DNA from: Pelagibacteraceae bacterium
Lineage (GTDB): Bacteria; Pseudomonadota; Alphaproteobacteria; Pelagibacterales; Pelagibacteraceae
Assembly (NCBI GenBank): GCA_009693705.1
Contig: SHWS01000001.1
Coordinates: 4,067-68,066, forward strand
Length of the DNA: 64,000 nucleotides
Direction: 5' to 3'
The stretch's first letter is position 1; each line of letters begins with the position of its first letter. The notes beneath the pieces were generated by a model. It did no database searches, had not been told where the DNA came from, and saw only the letters and a program-made list of their open reading frames with translations. Below, in pieces: positions 41,287 to 50,251 of the stretch. A program made the position numbers and the translations under genes.

Positions 41287-42460
41287 GTTTTTTCATGTGG
41301 TCGATAAATTCTTTAAATAGGTAGACACTATCTTGAGGCCCCGGATTAGACTCAGGGTGATACTGAACTGAAAATATTGGTTTATTTTTTAATCGAATGC
41401 CCTCAATAGAGTTATCAAATAAAGACTGATGAGTAATTTCTATATTTTTTGGTAAACTTTCTCTCACCACCTCAAAGCCATGATTTTGAGTTGTAATTTC
41501 AACATTATCATGAATTAAATTTTTTACTGGATGGTTAGCACCTCTATGCCCCAGTTTCATTTTTTTTGTTTTGGCGCCTAAGGCCAAAGCAAGTATCTGA
41601 TGACCTAGACAAATTCCAAATATAGGCAAGTTTTTTTTCATTAAATCTTTAATTATTCCAATAGCATACTTTCCGGTTGCCGCAGGATCACCTGGACCAT
41701 TAGATAAAAAAATTCCACTAGGCTTAAGAGATAAAATTTTTTCAGCAGTAGTTTTGCAAGAAACCACAGTTACTTTACAATTAAAGTTTGAAAAATATCT
41801 TAAAATATTTTTTTTTATTCCATAATCAATAGCAATAACATGAAAAGAATTTTTAGTATTTTTTTCATAACCAGCATCTTTTTTCCAGGTTTTAAATCCT
41901 TTCCATAAATAATTTTTTTTTGTAGATACTTCCTCCGCTAAATCTAGATTTTTTAAGCCACTCCAATTAATTGTATCATTTGTTATTTTGTTAAGGTTAA
42001 ATTTTCCTGTTTTTGAAAAAGCGATAGTGCCTTTTGGTGCACCTTTATCTCTTATAAAATTAGTTAAACTTCTTGTGTCAACTCCAATAATTCCGACAAT
42101 TTTATTTTTTATAAGCCAAGTATCTAAATTTAAAAATGATCGGTAGTTTGATGGAGAGGTTATTTCAGAATTAAAAATTACTCCTCTAGTCCATATTTTA
42201 TCAGACTCATAGTCCTCATTGTTTGTTCCAACATTTCCAATATGGGGGAAGGTAAAATTTATAATTTGACCAGCATAAGACGGATCAGACATAATTTCTT
42301 GGTATCCAGTTATTGAGGTATTGAAACAAACTTCTCCAGTTGCTGAACCCTGATATCCAATACCAATACCTTTAAAAATTCTCCTGTTTTCAAGAACTAA
42401 AACGGCAGTATGATTTTGAGAAACTTTTTTTGAGTTTGTTTTTTTTGCTTTTTTGATCAA
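41270..42460 (-). CDS. carA: Carbamoyl-phosphate synthase small subunit
   Basis: [28 protein letters not shown] (catalytic Cys), QYHPE; TTG start. Confidence 0.98.
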   Translation of the reverse strand: MIKKAKKTNSKKVSQNHTAVLVLENRRIFKGIGIGYQGSATGEVCFNTSITGYQEIMSDPSYAGQIINFTFPHIGNVGTNNEDYESDKIWTRGVIFNSEITSPSNYRSFLNLDTWLIKNKIVGIIGVDTRSLTNFIRDKGAPKGTIAFSKTGKFNLNKITNDTINWSGLKNLDLAEEVSTKKNYLWKGFKTWKKDAGYEKNTKNSFHVIAIDYGIKKNILRYFSNFNCKVTVVSCKTTAEKILSLKPSGIFLSNGPGDPAATGKYAIGIIKDLMKKNLPIFGICLGHQILALALGAKTKKMKLGHRGANHPVKNLIHDNVEITTQNHGFEVVRESLPKNIEITHQSLFDNSIEGIRLKNKPIFSVQYHPESNPGPQDSVYLFKEFIDHMKKHAKKN

Positions 42461-42587
42461 TTACAACTCATGAGTTAAAGTTTAATACAATAATTGCTTA
42501 ATTATCGCAACAGAGATGTATTATAAAATTGTAAAAAAACAATTTTTCTTTTGAAGAATTTTTTTCTTACAGTAGATTAAAAAAAAT

Positions 42588-43052
42588 ATGACACTAAAAG
42601 AAACCATCGCAACTGAATATAAAAACGCTCTAAAATCTCAAGATAAAACAAAAATATCAACTTACAGGTTAATACTATCTTCGATTAAAGATTTAGATAT
42701 TGTAAATAGATCTGGTCCAAATAAAAAAGATACAGACGATGAAGATATCAAAAAGCTTATAAAAAAAATGGTTAAGCAGAGAACCGAATCAATTGAAATA
42801 TATAAAAAAAATAATAGAAATGACCTATTAGAAGTTGAGCAAAATGAGTATGATATTTTAATTAGTTTTCTACCAAAACAAATCAGCGAAGAAGATGCAA
42901 AAAAAATATGCATCGAAACTATAGCCAAAATAGGGGCAAACTCAATTAAAGATATGGGCAAGGTAATGGGTGAACTAAAAAAACAATATGCAGATGAAAT
43001 AGATTTTGCAAAAGCGGGAGCTTTACTTAAAGAATTATTAAATAAGCGATGA
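42588..43052 (+). CDS. GatB/YqeY domain protein
   Basis: KMVKQR.ESIE.Y...R.DL...E..E, LPKQ, KDMGKVM. Confidence 0.9.
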   Translation: MTLKETIATEYKNALKSQDKTKISTYRLILSSIKDLDIVNRSGPNKKDTDDEDIKKLIKKMVKQRTESIEIYKKNNRNDLLEVEQNEYDILISFLPKQISEEDAKKICIETIAKIGANSIKDMGKVMGELKKQYADEIDFAKAGALLKELLNKR

Positions 43053-44824
43053 AGTACCCTAAAGAATATCTTGATGAGATTAAAACCAGACTTAAAGTTT
43101 CAACTGTAGTTTCTAAAAGTGTATCTTTGAAAAAAAAAGGTAAGGAATTTGTAGGTTTATCTCCTTTTAAAAATGAAAAAACTCCATCATTTACAGTTAA
43201 TGATGAAAAAGAATTTTATCATTGTTTTGCAACCGCAGAGCACGGTAATATTTTTGATTTTATAATGAAAATGCAAAATCTTAAATTTGGTGAAGCGGTT
43301 AAATATTTAGCAAATCTCGCTGGGATGCAGCCTTATATGTTTTCTAAACTGGATGAAGAAAGAGAACAAAAATTTAAAGAATATTTGTCAGTTTACTCTC
43401 AATATGTTGATTTTTATCATGAAGAATTATTAAAGAACGAAAATCACGCTAACGTCAGAGATTATTTAAAAAATAGATCATTAAATAAAGATCAAGTTAA
43501 AAAATTTAAAATTGGCTATGTAGAAAAAAACCCTAAGTTCTATGAAAAATTAAAACAAAATTTTAGCGAACAAACTTTAGTTGAAACTGGCTTATTTTTC
43601 CTAGATGAAAAAAATAAAATTTATATTGAAAGATTTAAAGGTAGATTAATTTTTCCAATAAATAATATTTCAGGTCAACCAATTGCTTTAGGAGGAAGAA
43701 TAATTGAAAACACAGATTACTTAGCTAAATATATTAATTCTCCAGAAACTACTTTTTTTAAAAAAGGATCAAACTTGTATAATTTAGATTTTGCGAGAAA
43801 ATTATCTAATAAACTGGATCATATTTATCTTGTTGAAGGTTATATGGACGTTATTGGTTTGAGTAAAAATGGAATTGAAAATGTCGTTGCTAATCTTGGA
43901 ACTTCTTTAACTGATCAACAAATTTTAATATTAAATCAATTTTTTGAAGATATTATAATTTGTTTTGATGGAGATGAAAGCGGATACAAGGCAGCGGTAA
44001 GAGCAGCAGAAAATTCAATCAAAGAACTTAAGCCAGAAAAGCAAATTTCATTTTTATTTTTACCAGACAAAGAAGATCCTGATAGTTTTGTGAACAAAAA
44101 TGGCAAAAATTATTTTATTGATTTTATGAAAAATAATAAAATATCTATACATCAATTTATTTTTAGTCATTATAAAGAACAAACTGAAAACAATCCATCG
44201 TCTATGGCAATTTTTGAAAAAAAACTTAGATCTGTTACAAATACTATTAAGGATGATTTTATTAAAAAATATGTTCTAGAATACTTTCTCGAAAAAATAT
44301 CTGAATTAACGCCTCACTCCAATCAAAATAAAAAAAATTTTTATTTTAAGAAAACAAAATCACTAGAAGCTACTAAAAAATACTACAATGAAAGCCAATC
44401 TATAACAGGTGTTGAGTTAAAAGAGTTTTCACTATTATATTTAATTATTAATAATTTAAGTCTACTTCAAGCTAATATACATTTAATAGAAAATATTAAA
44501 TTATTCACTAAAGTGAATAAACAAATTTTTGAGATGATTGTCACTAAACTTAAAAATGGCGAACCAATTAATGCCGAAACTTTAAATTTGGACAGACAAT
44601 TGTTAGAAAAAATTAGTAAATTTGCCCCAATAAAACATATTTTAAAAAACAAACCAAATGATGATCATATAATTATAGAATTATTGGAGGATATCTCTAG
44701 AGATTTAATTAATTTCGATCTTGAGTTTAGAATCCAGGAATTAGAATCGAAGTTTTCAAAAGATTTGAGTGAGGTGACATTTAATCAACTTAAAGAGCTC
44801 AAAAAAAAGCAAAATATCAATTAA
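43049..44824 (+). CDS. dnaG: DNA primase
   Basis: EKTPSF, KYINSPET, TOPRIM VEGYMDV and FDGD.SG; Zn-binding ligands degenerate. Confidence 0.97.
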   Translation: MKYPKEYLDEIKTRLKVSTVVSKSVSLKKKGKEFVGLSPFKNEKTPSFTVNDEKEFYHCFATAEHGNIFDFIMKMQNLKFGEAVKYLANLAGMQPYMFSKLDEEREQKFKEYLSVYSQYVDFYHEELLKNENHANVRDYLKNRSLNKDQVKKFKIGYVEKNPKFYEKLKQNFSEQTLVETGLFFLDEKNKIYIERFKGRLIFPINNISGQPIALGGRIIENTDYLAKYINSPETTFFKKGSNLYNLDFARKLSNKLDHIYLVEGYMDVIGLSKNGIENVVANLGTSLTDQQILILNQFFEDIIICFDGDESGYKAAVRAAENSIKELKPEKQISFLFLPDKEDPDSFVNKNGKNYFIDFMKNNKISIHQFIFSHYKEQTENNPSSMAIFEKKLRSVTNTIKDDFIKKYVLEYFLEKISELTPHSNQNKKNFYFKKTKSLEATKKYYNESQSITGVELKEFSLLYLIINNLSLLQANIHLIENIKLFTKVNKQIFEMIVTKLKNGEPINAETLNLDRQLLEKISKFAPIKHILKNKPNDDHIIIELLEDISRDLINFDLEFRIQELESKFSKDLSEVTFNQLKELKKKQNIN

Positions 44825-44891
44825 TACAGTCAAATTAATAATGGATTTTTATCAATTTGACATTATATAAGGTCTCCAAACTTATATTGCT

Positions 44892-46712
44892 GTGGAAAGA
44901 ATTATAACCAAATCATTTGCTAGATTAATGGGCCGTGGAACTCACAGGGGTTTCATCACTCATGAAGAGTTAAATAAGTCACTTGGAAAAAGAAATCTAT
45001 CCGATGAAAATTTGTCTCAAGCCCTTTTGCATATTTTGAATGAAGGTGTTTTACTTGTTGAAAAAAAATCTGATTTTAAAGTTTTAAGAAAAAAAGAAAG
45101 CTCTTCCAAAGACGAAGGTAAGAGCATTGAAAAAAGTGATGATCCAATCAGAATGTATTTACGTGAAATGGGTGGAGTGGAATTGCTTTCCAGAGAAGGT
45201 GAAATTGCAATTGCAAAAAGAATTGAGGCTGGAAAAGATGTAATGTTAATAGCTTTAGCCCAAAGTCCTATTACCGCACAACAGTTTTTTGAGTGGAATG
45301 AAAAATTACAAAAAGATGAAATTTTAGTTAGGGAAATTATTGATATCGATACCAATTATATGGAAGACGAGACTACAGGCCTAAGCGCAAAACAGAAAAA
45401 TGCCAGTGAAATAAACACAGAGGATAATGGAACAGATGATGACGAATTTAATCCTACTCTCGATGCTATGGAGACTGAAATTAAGCCAAAAGTTTTAAAA
45501 ACAATAAATACACTAACAAAAGAATATAATAGATTAATTAAATATCAAAAAGAAAAGCTAGATTGTGTTTTGAATTCTCAAATTTTTTCTCCAACAAAAG
45601 ATAAAGGATATGAAAAAATTGTCAGTGATATTTTGGAAAATATTAAGTCACTTCAGTTGTCCCCATCAGTTTTAGAAGAACTGGTTCAAAAGCATTATAC
45701 TGAAAACAAAAAAACCATATCTCTTGAGGGAAATCTTTTAAAATTAGCTATGGATCAAAAAATACCAAGAAATGAATTTGTTAAATTTTATATCGGCAAT
45801 GAAATAAATCCAAATTTTAAAAAATTTTTAGATACTAATCAAGTTTGGAGACAATTTTTTATTAAGAATAAAGAAGAATTCAAAAATATAAGAGAAAGAT
45901 TAATTGAATTAAGTCATAAGCTTGGAATGTCGATTACTGATTTTAAAAAATTAGTCAGTCGAGTTCAAAAAGGAGAAAAAGAGTCTAGAATTGCAAAAAA
46001 AGAAATGGTCGAAGCTAATTTAAGATTAGTAATTTCAATTGCTAAGAAATACACGAATAGAGGTCTTCAATTCTTAGATTTAATTCAAGAGGGAAACATT
46101 GGTTTAATGAAAGCTGTAGATAAATTTGAATATAGAAGAGGATATAAATTTTCGACCTATGCAACCTGGTGGATTAGACAAGCTATTACAAGATCAATTG
46201 CTGACCAAGCAAGAACCATTAGAATTCCAGTTCATATGATTGAAACCATAAATAAAATAGTTAGAACCCAAAGATTAATTTTAAGCGAGTTTGGTAGAGA
46301 GGCAACGCCAGAGGAATTGGCTCAAAAGTTAAGAATGCCATTGGAGAAAGTTAGAAAAGTGTTAAAAATTTCTAAAGAACCAGTTTCATTAGAAAAACCG
46401 GTTGGAGACGAAGAAGATAGTAGCTTAGGGGATTTTATTGAGGACACAAAGGCCTTAGCTCCATTAGAACAAGCAATTAAATCTAATTTAAGTGAAGCAA
46501 CAACTAAAATATTATCAACATTAACTCCAAGAGAAGAACGAGTTTTAAGAATGAGATTTGGTGTTGGAATGAATACGGACCATACTTTAGAAGAGGTTGG
46601 TTTACAGTTTTCTGTAACTAGAGAAAGAATTAGACAGATCGAAGCAAAAGCTCTAAGAAAATTGAAGCATCCTAGTAGATCTAAGCAGTTAAAAAGTTTC
46701 TTAGAAAGTTAA
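44892..46712 (+). CDS. rpoD: RNA polymerase primary sigma factor sigma70
   Basis: [60 protein letters not shown]; GTG start. Confidence 0.99.
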   Translation: MERIITKSFARLMGRGTHRGFITHEELNKSLGKRNLSDENLSQALLHILNEGVLLVEKKSDFKVLRKKESSSKDEGKSIEKSDDPIRMYLREMGGVELLSREGEIAIAKRIEAGKDVMLIALAQSPITAQQFFEWNEKLQKDEILVREIIDIDTNYMEDETTGLSAKQKNASEINTEDNGTDDDEFNPTLDAMETEIKPKVLKTINTLTKEYNRLIKYQKEKLDCVLNSQIFSPTKDKGYEKIVSDILENIKSLQLSPSVLEELVQKHYTENKKTISLEGNLLKLAMDQKIPRNEFVKFYIGNEINPNFKKFLDTNQVWRQFFIKNKEEFKNIRERLIELSHKLGMSITDFKKLVSRVQKGEKESRIAKKEMVEANLRLVISIAKKYTNRGLQFLDLIQEGNIGLMKAVDKFEYRRGYKFSTYATWWIRQAITRSIADQARTIRIPVHMIETINKIVRTQRLILSEFGREATPEELAQKLRMPLEKVRKVLKISKEPVSLEKPVGDEEDSSLGDFIEDTKALAPLEQAIKSNLSEATTKILSTLTPREERVLRMRFGVGMNTDHTLEEVGLQFSVTRERIRQIEAKALRKLKHPSRSKQLKSFLES

Positions 46713-46719
46713 TTCATCT

Positions 46720-46794
46720 GGGCCGTTAGCTCAATAGTAGAGTACTGCATTGACATTGCAGGGGTAGTTGGAGCATAACCAACACGGCCCACCA
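46720..46794 (+). tRNA. tRNA-Val(GAC) with non-canonical D and T loops
   Basis: Acceptor GGGCCGT/ACGGCCC, D stem GCTC/GAGT, anticodon stem CTGCA/TGCAG with GAC at 46752-46754, T stem GTTGG/CCAAC with loop AGCATAA, A73 and CCA. Confidence 0.85.
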
Positions 46795-46830
46795 TAAAGT
46801 AATTATCTATAATTGATAACTCTAAAAAAA

Positions 46831-46839
46831 TGATATAAT
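46831..46839 (+). promoter_or_regulatory. Extended -10 element (TGnTATAAT) upstream of tRNA-Ile2
   Basis: TGATATAAT at 46831-46839, ending 14 nt before the tRNA 5' end. Confidence 0.55.
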
Positions 46840-46853
46840 TAAGATTGAGTTTT

Positions 46854-46930
46854 GGGCCTGTAGCTCAGTTGGTTAGAGCAGTACACTCATAATGTATTGG
46901 TCCCTGGTTCGAGTCCAGGCGGGCCCACCA
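46854..46930 (+). tRNA. tRNA-Ile2(CAU, lysidine-type)
   Basis: Cloverleaf GGGCCTG/CGGGCCC, anticodon CAT at 46888-46890, canonical GG and GGTTCGAGT. It lacks initiator features (C1:A72 mismatch, three G-C pairs) and the acceptor resembles Ile2; elongator Met is not formally excluded. Confidence 0.85.
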
Positions 46931-46945
46931 AATCTTTTATAATTT

Positions 46946-47539
46946 TTAATTTTTTGAATACTCTTCTAGAATTTTAAATAGTGCATTAATATCACCATTG
47001 TTAGAATTTAAGACAGACTCAAATTCCTCTTTTTGTGTTCTTGCTAAACTTAATCCTTCAATAATTAGATCTCTTATTAGTGGGTTGTCCGGATTTTTAG
47101 TATAAACTCTCCAGTCAATTTTAATTTCAGGCCTATTGCTAGTGCCTTTGAGTAAACTATTAACGATGGTATAGCTTTCATTGACAACTTCTTTTGATGA
47201 AATAATAATTTCAGGATTCTCATAATCTGCCAATCTACTAGAAAAGCTTTTCAAGAAATAAGCTTCAAATAATCTAGTATATTCATTCTGTTGATTTTGA
47301 TCTAAAGTTTTTACAAAAGATCCAAGCGTGTAAAAACTAATGCCCTTTATATCTACAACATCTTTAGCAATAACTTCGAGTTCACTGATTTTTTGTTCTT
47401 TTGAAATATTGTCTGATAATATTTTTGAAGTTCTATTAATTAATGATTGAACAAATACATCTGCCTCCTCTGAATAAGATGTGTGGGCGAAACTTATCAA
47501 ATACACAAGCACTATAAAAATTGTTTTTTTTATTTTCAT
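46946..47539 (-). CDS. mlaC: Phospholipid-binding protein MlaC/Ttg2D family
   Basis: Signal peptide, WRV, DLIIEGLSL...QKEEF.S; adjacent to VacJ. Confidence 0.85.
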   Translation of the reverse strand: MKIKKTIFIVLVYLISFAHTSYSEEADVFVQSLINRTSKILSDNISKEQKISELEVIAKDVVDIKGISFYTLGSFVKTLDQNQQNEYTRLFEAYFLKSFSSRLADYENPEIIISSKEVVNESYTIVNSLLKGTSNRPEIKIDWRVYTKNPDNPLIRDLIIEGLSLARTQKEEFESVLNSNNGDINALFKILEEYSKN

Positions 47540-47558
47540 AAATTAGTAATTCAGAATA

Positions 47559-48341
47559 CTAGTTTTCGATTTCTTCCCAATTACTATTGTCTTGGGTATC
47601 CACAATTTTGTTTGTATTTAAAATTTTTTGTTGTCGATCCTGAAGATATAAACTTTTAACTGAAGCATAAAAATCAATTGAATTTTTCTCTAAACTATTG
47701 ATGCTATCATAGTTTTTTGCTCTAAAATCAATTCCAGATATTACTTGTGAGGCATGGTAATCAAAATCACTAAAGTAGTGGGTATCATTTTTCACAGTCA
47801 CATTATACCAGCTGTCTCCGCCCGCTATATTTATTAATAAGGCAGCGCTATCTCTAACTGTGCTAGGACCTAAAACAGGTAACACAAGATAGCATCCAGG
47901 TCCTACGCCTAGAGTTGCTAAAGATTGACCATAGTCCTCTTTTTCATAATCGGGCAAACCAACATAATGCGCTACATCAACTAAACCTAAAATACCAATA
48001 GTAGTATTTATTATAAATCTTCCCGAATTTTTTCCTGCTTTATTTAAATCACCCTGAATTATATTGTTTGGAATTGTAACTAAGTTAGAAAGATTATCTA
48101 AAGCATTGCTTACACCGCTTCTTACCGGTGAAGGTACAACTTTATAAACTCTAGCTGCAGGCTTAAATATCAATCCATCTAACACTTTATTAAAACCAAA
48201 AGTAGCTCGATTTAGAGTTTCAAAACAATCTTTTATTTCAGAGGGTTGATTTTTACTTAAAAGTAATTCTTCTTTAGAAGATGCATTAATATTTGAGGTC
48301 AAAAAAAAACTCAAAAGAAGTGTAAATATAATTTTTTTCAT
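47559..48341 (-). CDS. mlaA: VacJ/MlaA-family outer-membrane lipid asymmetry protein
   Basis: E..NR..F.FN, RFIINTTIGILGL.D, EDYGQSL, YLVLPVLGPSTVRD. Confidence 0.9.
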   Translation of the reverse strand: MKKIIFTLLLSFFLTSNINASSKEELLLSKNQPSEIKDCFETLNRATFGFNKVLDGLIFKPAARVYKVVPSPVRSGVSNALDNLSNLVTIPNNIIQGDLNKAGKNSGRFIINTTIGILGLVDVAHYVGLPDYEKEDYGQSLATLGVGPGCYLVLPVLGPSTVRDSAALLINIAGGDSWYNVTVKNDTHYFSDFDYHASQVISGIDFRAKNYDSINSLEKNSIDFYASVKSLYLQDRQQKILNTNKIVDTQDNSNWEEIEN

Positions 48342-48411
48342 TTAGTAAGCAACTTTATAGTAGAATTAAACTTAAAGTAAATCCCGATTATATGATAAAT
48401 TTGTTCATATA

Positions 48412-49155
48412 ATGTCTAATAAAATGTTAAAAAAATATTCACCAAATTTTAGTTTGCCCAAAAGATTAAGCGGCACAATAAGGTTTATTATCTTTCATTA
48501 CACTGGAATGAAAAAAGAATCAGAAGCTATTAAAAGGCTAACAAGCGCCAAATCTGAAGTTAGTAGTCATTATTTTATTAAATTAAATGGTCAAATTATA
48601 AATTTAGTACCTGATTTATATACCGCCTGGCACGCGGGAAGATCAAAATGGCAAAAATTTAATTCTTTAAATAAAAACTCAATAGGAATTGAAATTAGCA
48701 ATCCAGGGCATGATCATGAGTATCATAACTTTAAAAAGACGCAAATAAATTCATTAATTAAACTTACTAAATATTTAATAAAAAAATATAAAATTAAAAA
48801 ATATAATATTTTAGGACATTCAGATGTTGCGCCAGATAGAAAAAAAGATCCTGGTGAAAAATTTCCCTGGAGATATTTATCAAAGAAAAAAATTGGATTT
48901 TGGCACAATATCAGTAATAAAGTTTTAAAAAAAAACAGAAATAATAAAATTGATATTAAAAATCAAAATCTTTTTTTTAAAAATTTAAATAAAATTGGAT
49001 ATATAGAACAACTAAATACTAATTTTAGTAAAAAAAAAAATAAAATATTTATTATTGAAGCATTTCAAAGAAGATTTCGTCAAGAATTGATAAATGGTAA
49101 AATAGATAAAGAATGTTTGTTAATTAGTAAAAACCTAGCTAAATTGATCAAATAA
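48412..49155 (+). CDS. N-acetylmuramoyl-L-alanine amidase (amidase_2, AmpD/AmiD-like) with C-terminal PG-binding segment; no signal peptide
   Basis: HYT, SSHY, AWHAG, SIGIE, GHSD.AP.RK.DPG; AFQRRFR tail. Confidence 0.9.
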   Translation: MSNKMLKKYSPNFSLPKRLSGTIRFIIFHYTGMKKESEAIKRLTSAKSEVSSHYFIKLNGQIINLVPDLYTAWHAGRSKWQKFNSLNKNSIGIEISNPGHDHEYHNFKKTQINSLIKLTKYLIKKYKIKKYNILGHSDVAPDRKKDPGEKFPWRYLSKKKIGFWHNISNKVLKKNRNNKIDIKNQNLFFKNLNKIGYIEQLNTNFSKKKNKIFIIEAFQRRFRQELINGKIDKECLLISKNLAKLIK

Positions 49156-49195
49156 TATTACTTGTAAATTTTACATTTTTTATTAAATTAAGCTT

Positions 49196-49550
49196 GCCAG
49201 ATAAATGACTTATCGCTTTAATCTATTTTAAAGAGGAAAGTCCGGGCTCCACAAGAATACAGTGCCAGGTAATACCTGGCGGGGGCAACCCCAGGGATAG
49301 TGCCACAGAAAATAAACCGCCATAACATGGCAAGGGTGAAAAGGTGTGGTAAGAGCACACCGGTTCTATTGGTAACAATGAACGCTGGAAAACCCCACTG
49401 GGAGCAAGACTAAGTAGAGATGACATTGTTGAAAAACTAAAAGCCATTCTTGGTTCGTCATCAGGGTTAGTTGCTTGAGCTTAAGAGCGATCTTAAGTCT
49501 AGATAAATGATAGGTTTGAAGGACAAAACCCGGCTTATAGTTTATCTGGC
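49196..49550 (+). ncRNA. rnpB: RNase P RNA (type A)
   Basis: Terminal P1 helix GCCAGATAAA/TTTATCTGGC; GAGGAAAGTCCGGGC, AGTGCCACAGAAA, GGTAAGAGC, ACAAAACCCGGCTTA conserved regions. Confidence 0.97.
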
Positions 49551-49710
49551 TATAAACTTAGAGATTAAATTTAGATAAAAATACATTCTATATTTTAAGT
49601 TTAATTAATTCATCCATGAGATTAATTTTTCAAAAGATAATTAAAGTAAATCCACACTTTTAATTAACCTGATAATATTTTTAATTATTAGTATTTGATA
49701 AATTCTTTAA

Positions 49711-49739
49711 TTGACTAATATATTAAATACCCATATATT
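49711..49739 (+). promoter_or_regulatory. Sigma70 promoter of the mraZ/dcw operon
   Basis: TTGACT (49711-49716), 17 nt, TATATT (49734-49739). Confidence 0.65.
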
Positions 49740-49759
49740 CCCATATATTCCCATATATG
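49730..49759 (-). repeat. Three 10-bp direct repeats (CCCATATATT), putative MraZ operator
   Basis: Minus strand reads TGGGA-atata-TGGGA-atata-TGGGT, i.e. TGGGN boxes with 5-nt spacers, upstream of mraZ. Confidence 0.8.
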
Positions 49760-49781
49760 GAATTAACTTATTATAAAATAA

Positions 49782-50249
49782 ATGTTTCTCTCTACTTTCG
49801 AAAACAAGTTAGACAAAAAAGGAAGAGTCTCAGTGCCTGCTAGTTTTAGATCACACCTGTCAAATCTAGGTTATAATGGTGTAGTATGCTATCCTTCTTT
49901 TAACAATCCTTCAATAGAAGCATGCTCTCAAGATAGAATAGAAAAAATTTCATCCACAATAGATTCTTTAAATCCTTTTGATGAAAAAAGAGATTTTTTT
50001 GCAACATCAATTTTATCAGAAAGTATTAATCTACAATTTGATACTGAGGGTAGAATTTCTATTTCAACAAATTTATTAAAACACGCAAATATCAAGAACA
50101 GCATATTATTCGTTGGTCAAGGCCAAACATTCCAAATTTGGGAGCCAGCGACATTTGAAAAATTTAAGGTGCAAGCAAGAAAAAAAGCAAATTTAAACCG
50201 TGCAAGCCTTAAATGGGAAAAACAATTAAATAACAATGAGGGGAAATAA
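49782..50249 (+). CDS. mraZ: Division/cell wall cluster transcriptional repressor MraZ
   Basis: Two DxxxR motifs (LDKKGRV, FDTEGRI), FQIW.P. Confidence 0.95.
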   Translation: MFLSTFENKLDKKGRVSVPASFRSHLSNLGYNGVVCYPSFNNPSIEACSQDRIEKISSTIDSLNPFDEKRDFFATSILSESINLQFDTEGRISISTNLLKHANIKNSILFVGQGQTFQIWEPATFEKFKVQARKKANLNRASLKWEKQLNNNEGK

Positions 50250-50251
50250 CA

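Noticed and set aside
46720-46945. tRNA pair (and tRNA-Gln) as phage/island integration sites; shared GGCCCACCA 3' ends
   Set aside because: No integrase, no displaced duplicate tRNA 3' fragment and no compositional shift; the shared ends belong to two complete tRNAs.
49163-49175. Palindrome TGTAAA-T-TTTACA over the rnpB -35 region
   Set aside because: A 6-bp-arm AT-rich palindrome is expected by chance in 64 kb, and I saw no second copy.
49223-49447. 74-aa minus-strand ORF
   Set aside because: It is antisense to RNase P RNA; the GC-rich structured RNA explains the lack of stop codons.
49590-49730. Possible CtrA boxes upstream of mraZ/ftsZ
   Set aside because: The TTAA half-sites I checked are spaced 6, 12 or 13 nt apart, not 7; TTAA is abundant at this AT content.
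49730-49760. Short tandem repeats as a possible CRISPR or iteron array
   Set aside because: 10-bp units without unique spacers, no cas or rep genes; better explained as MraZ boxes.
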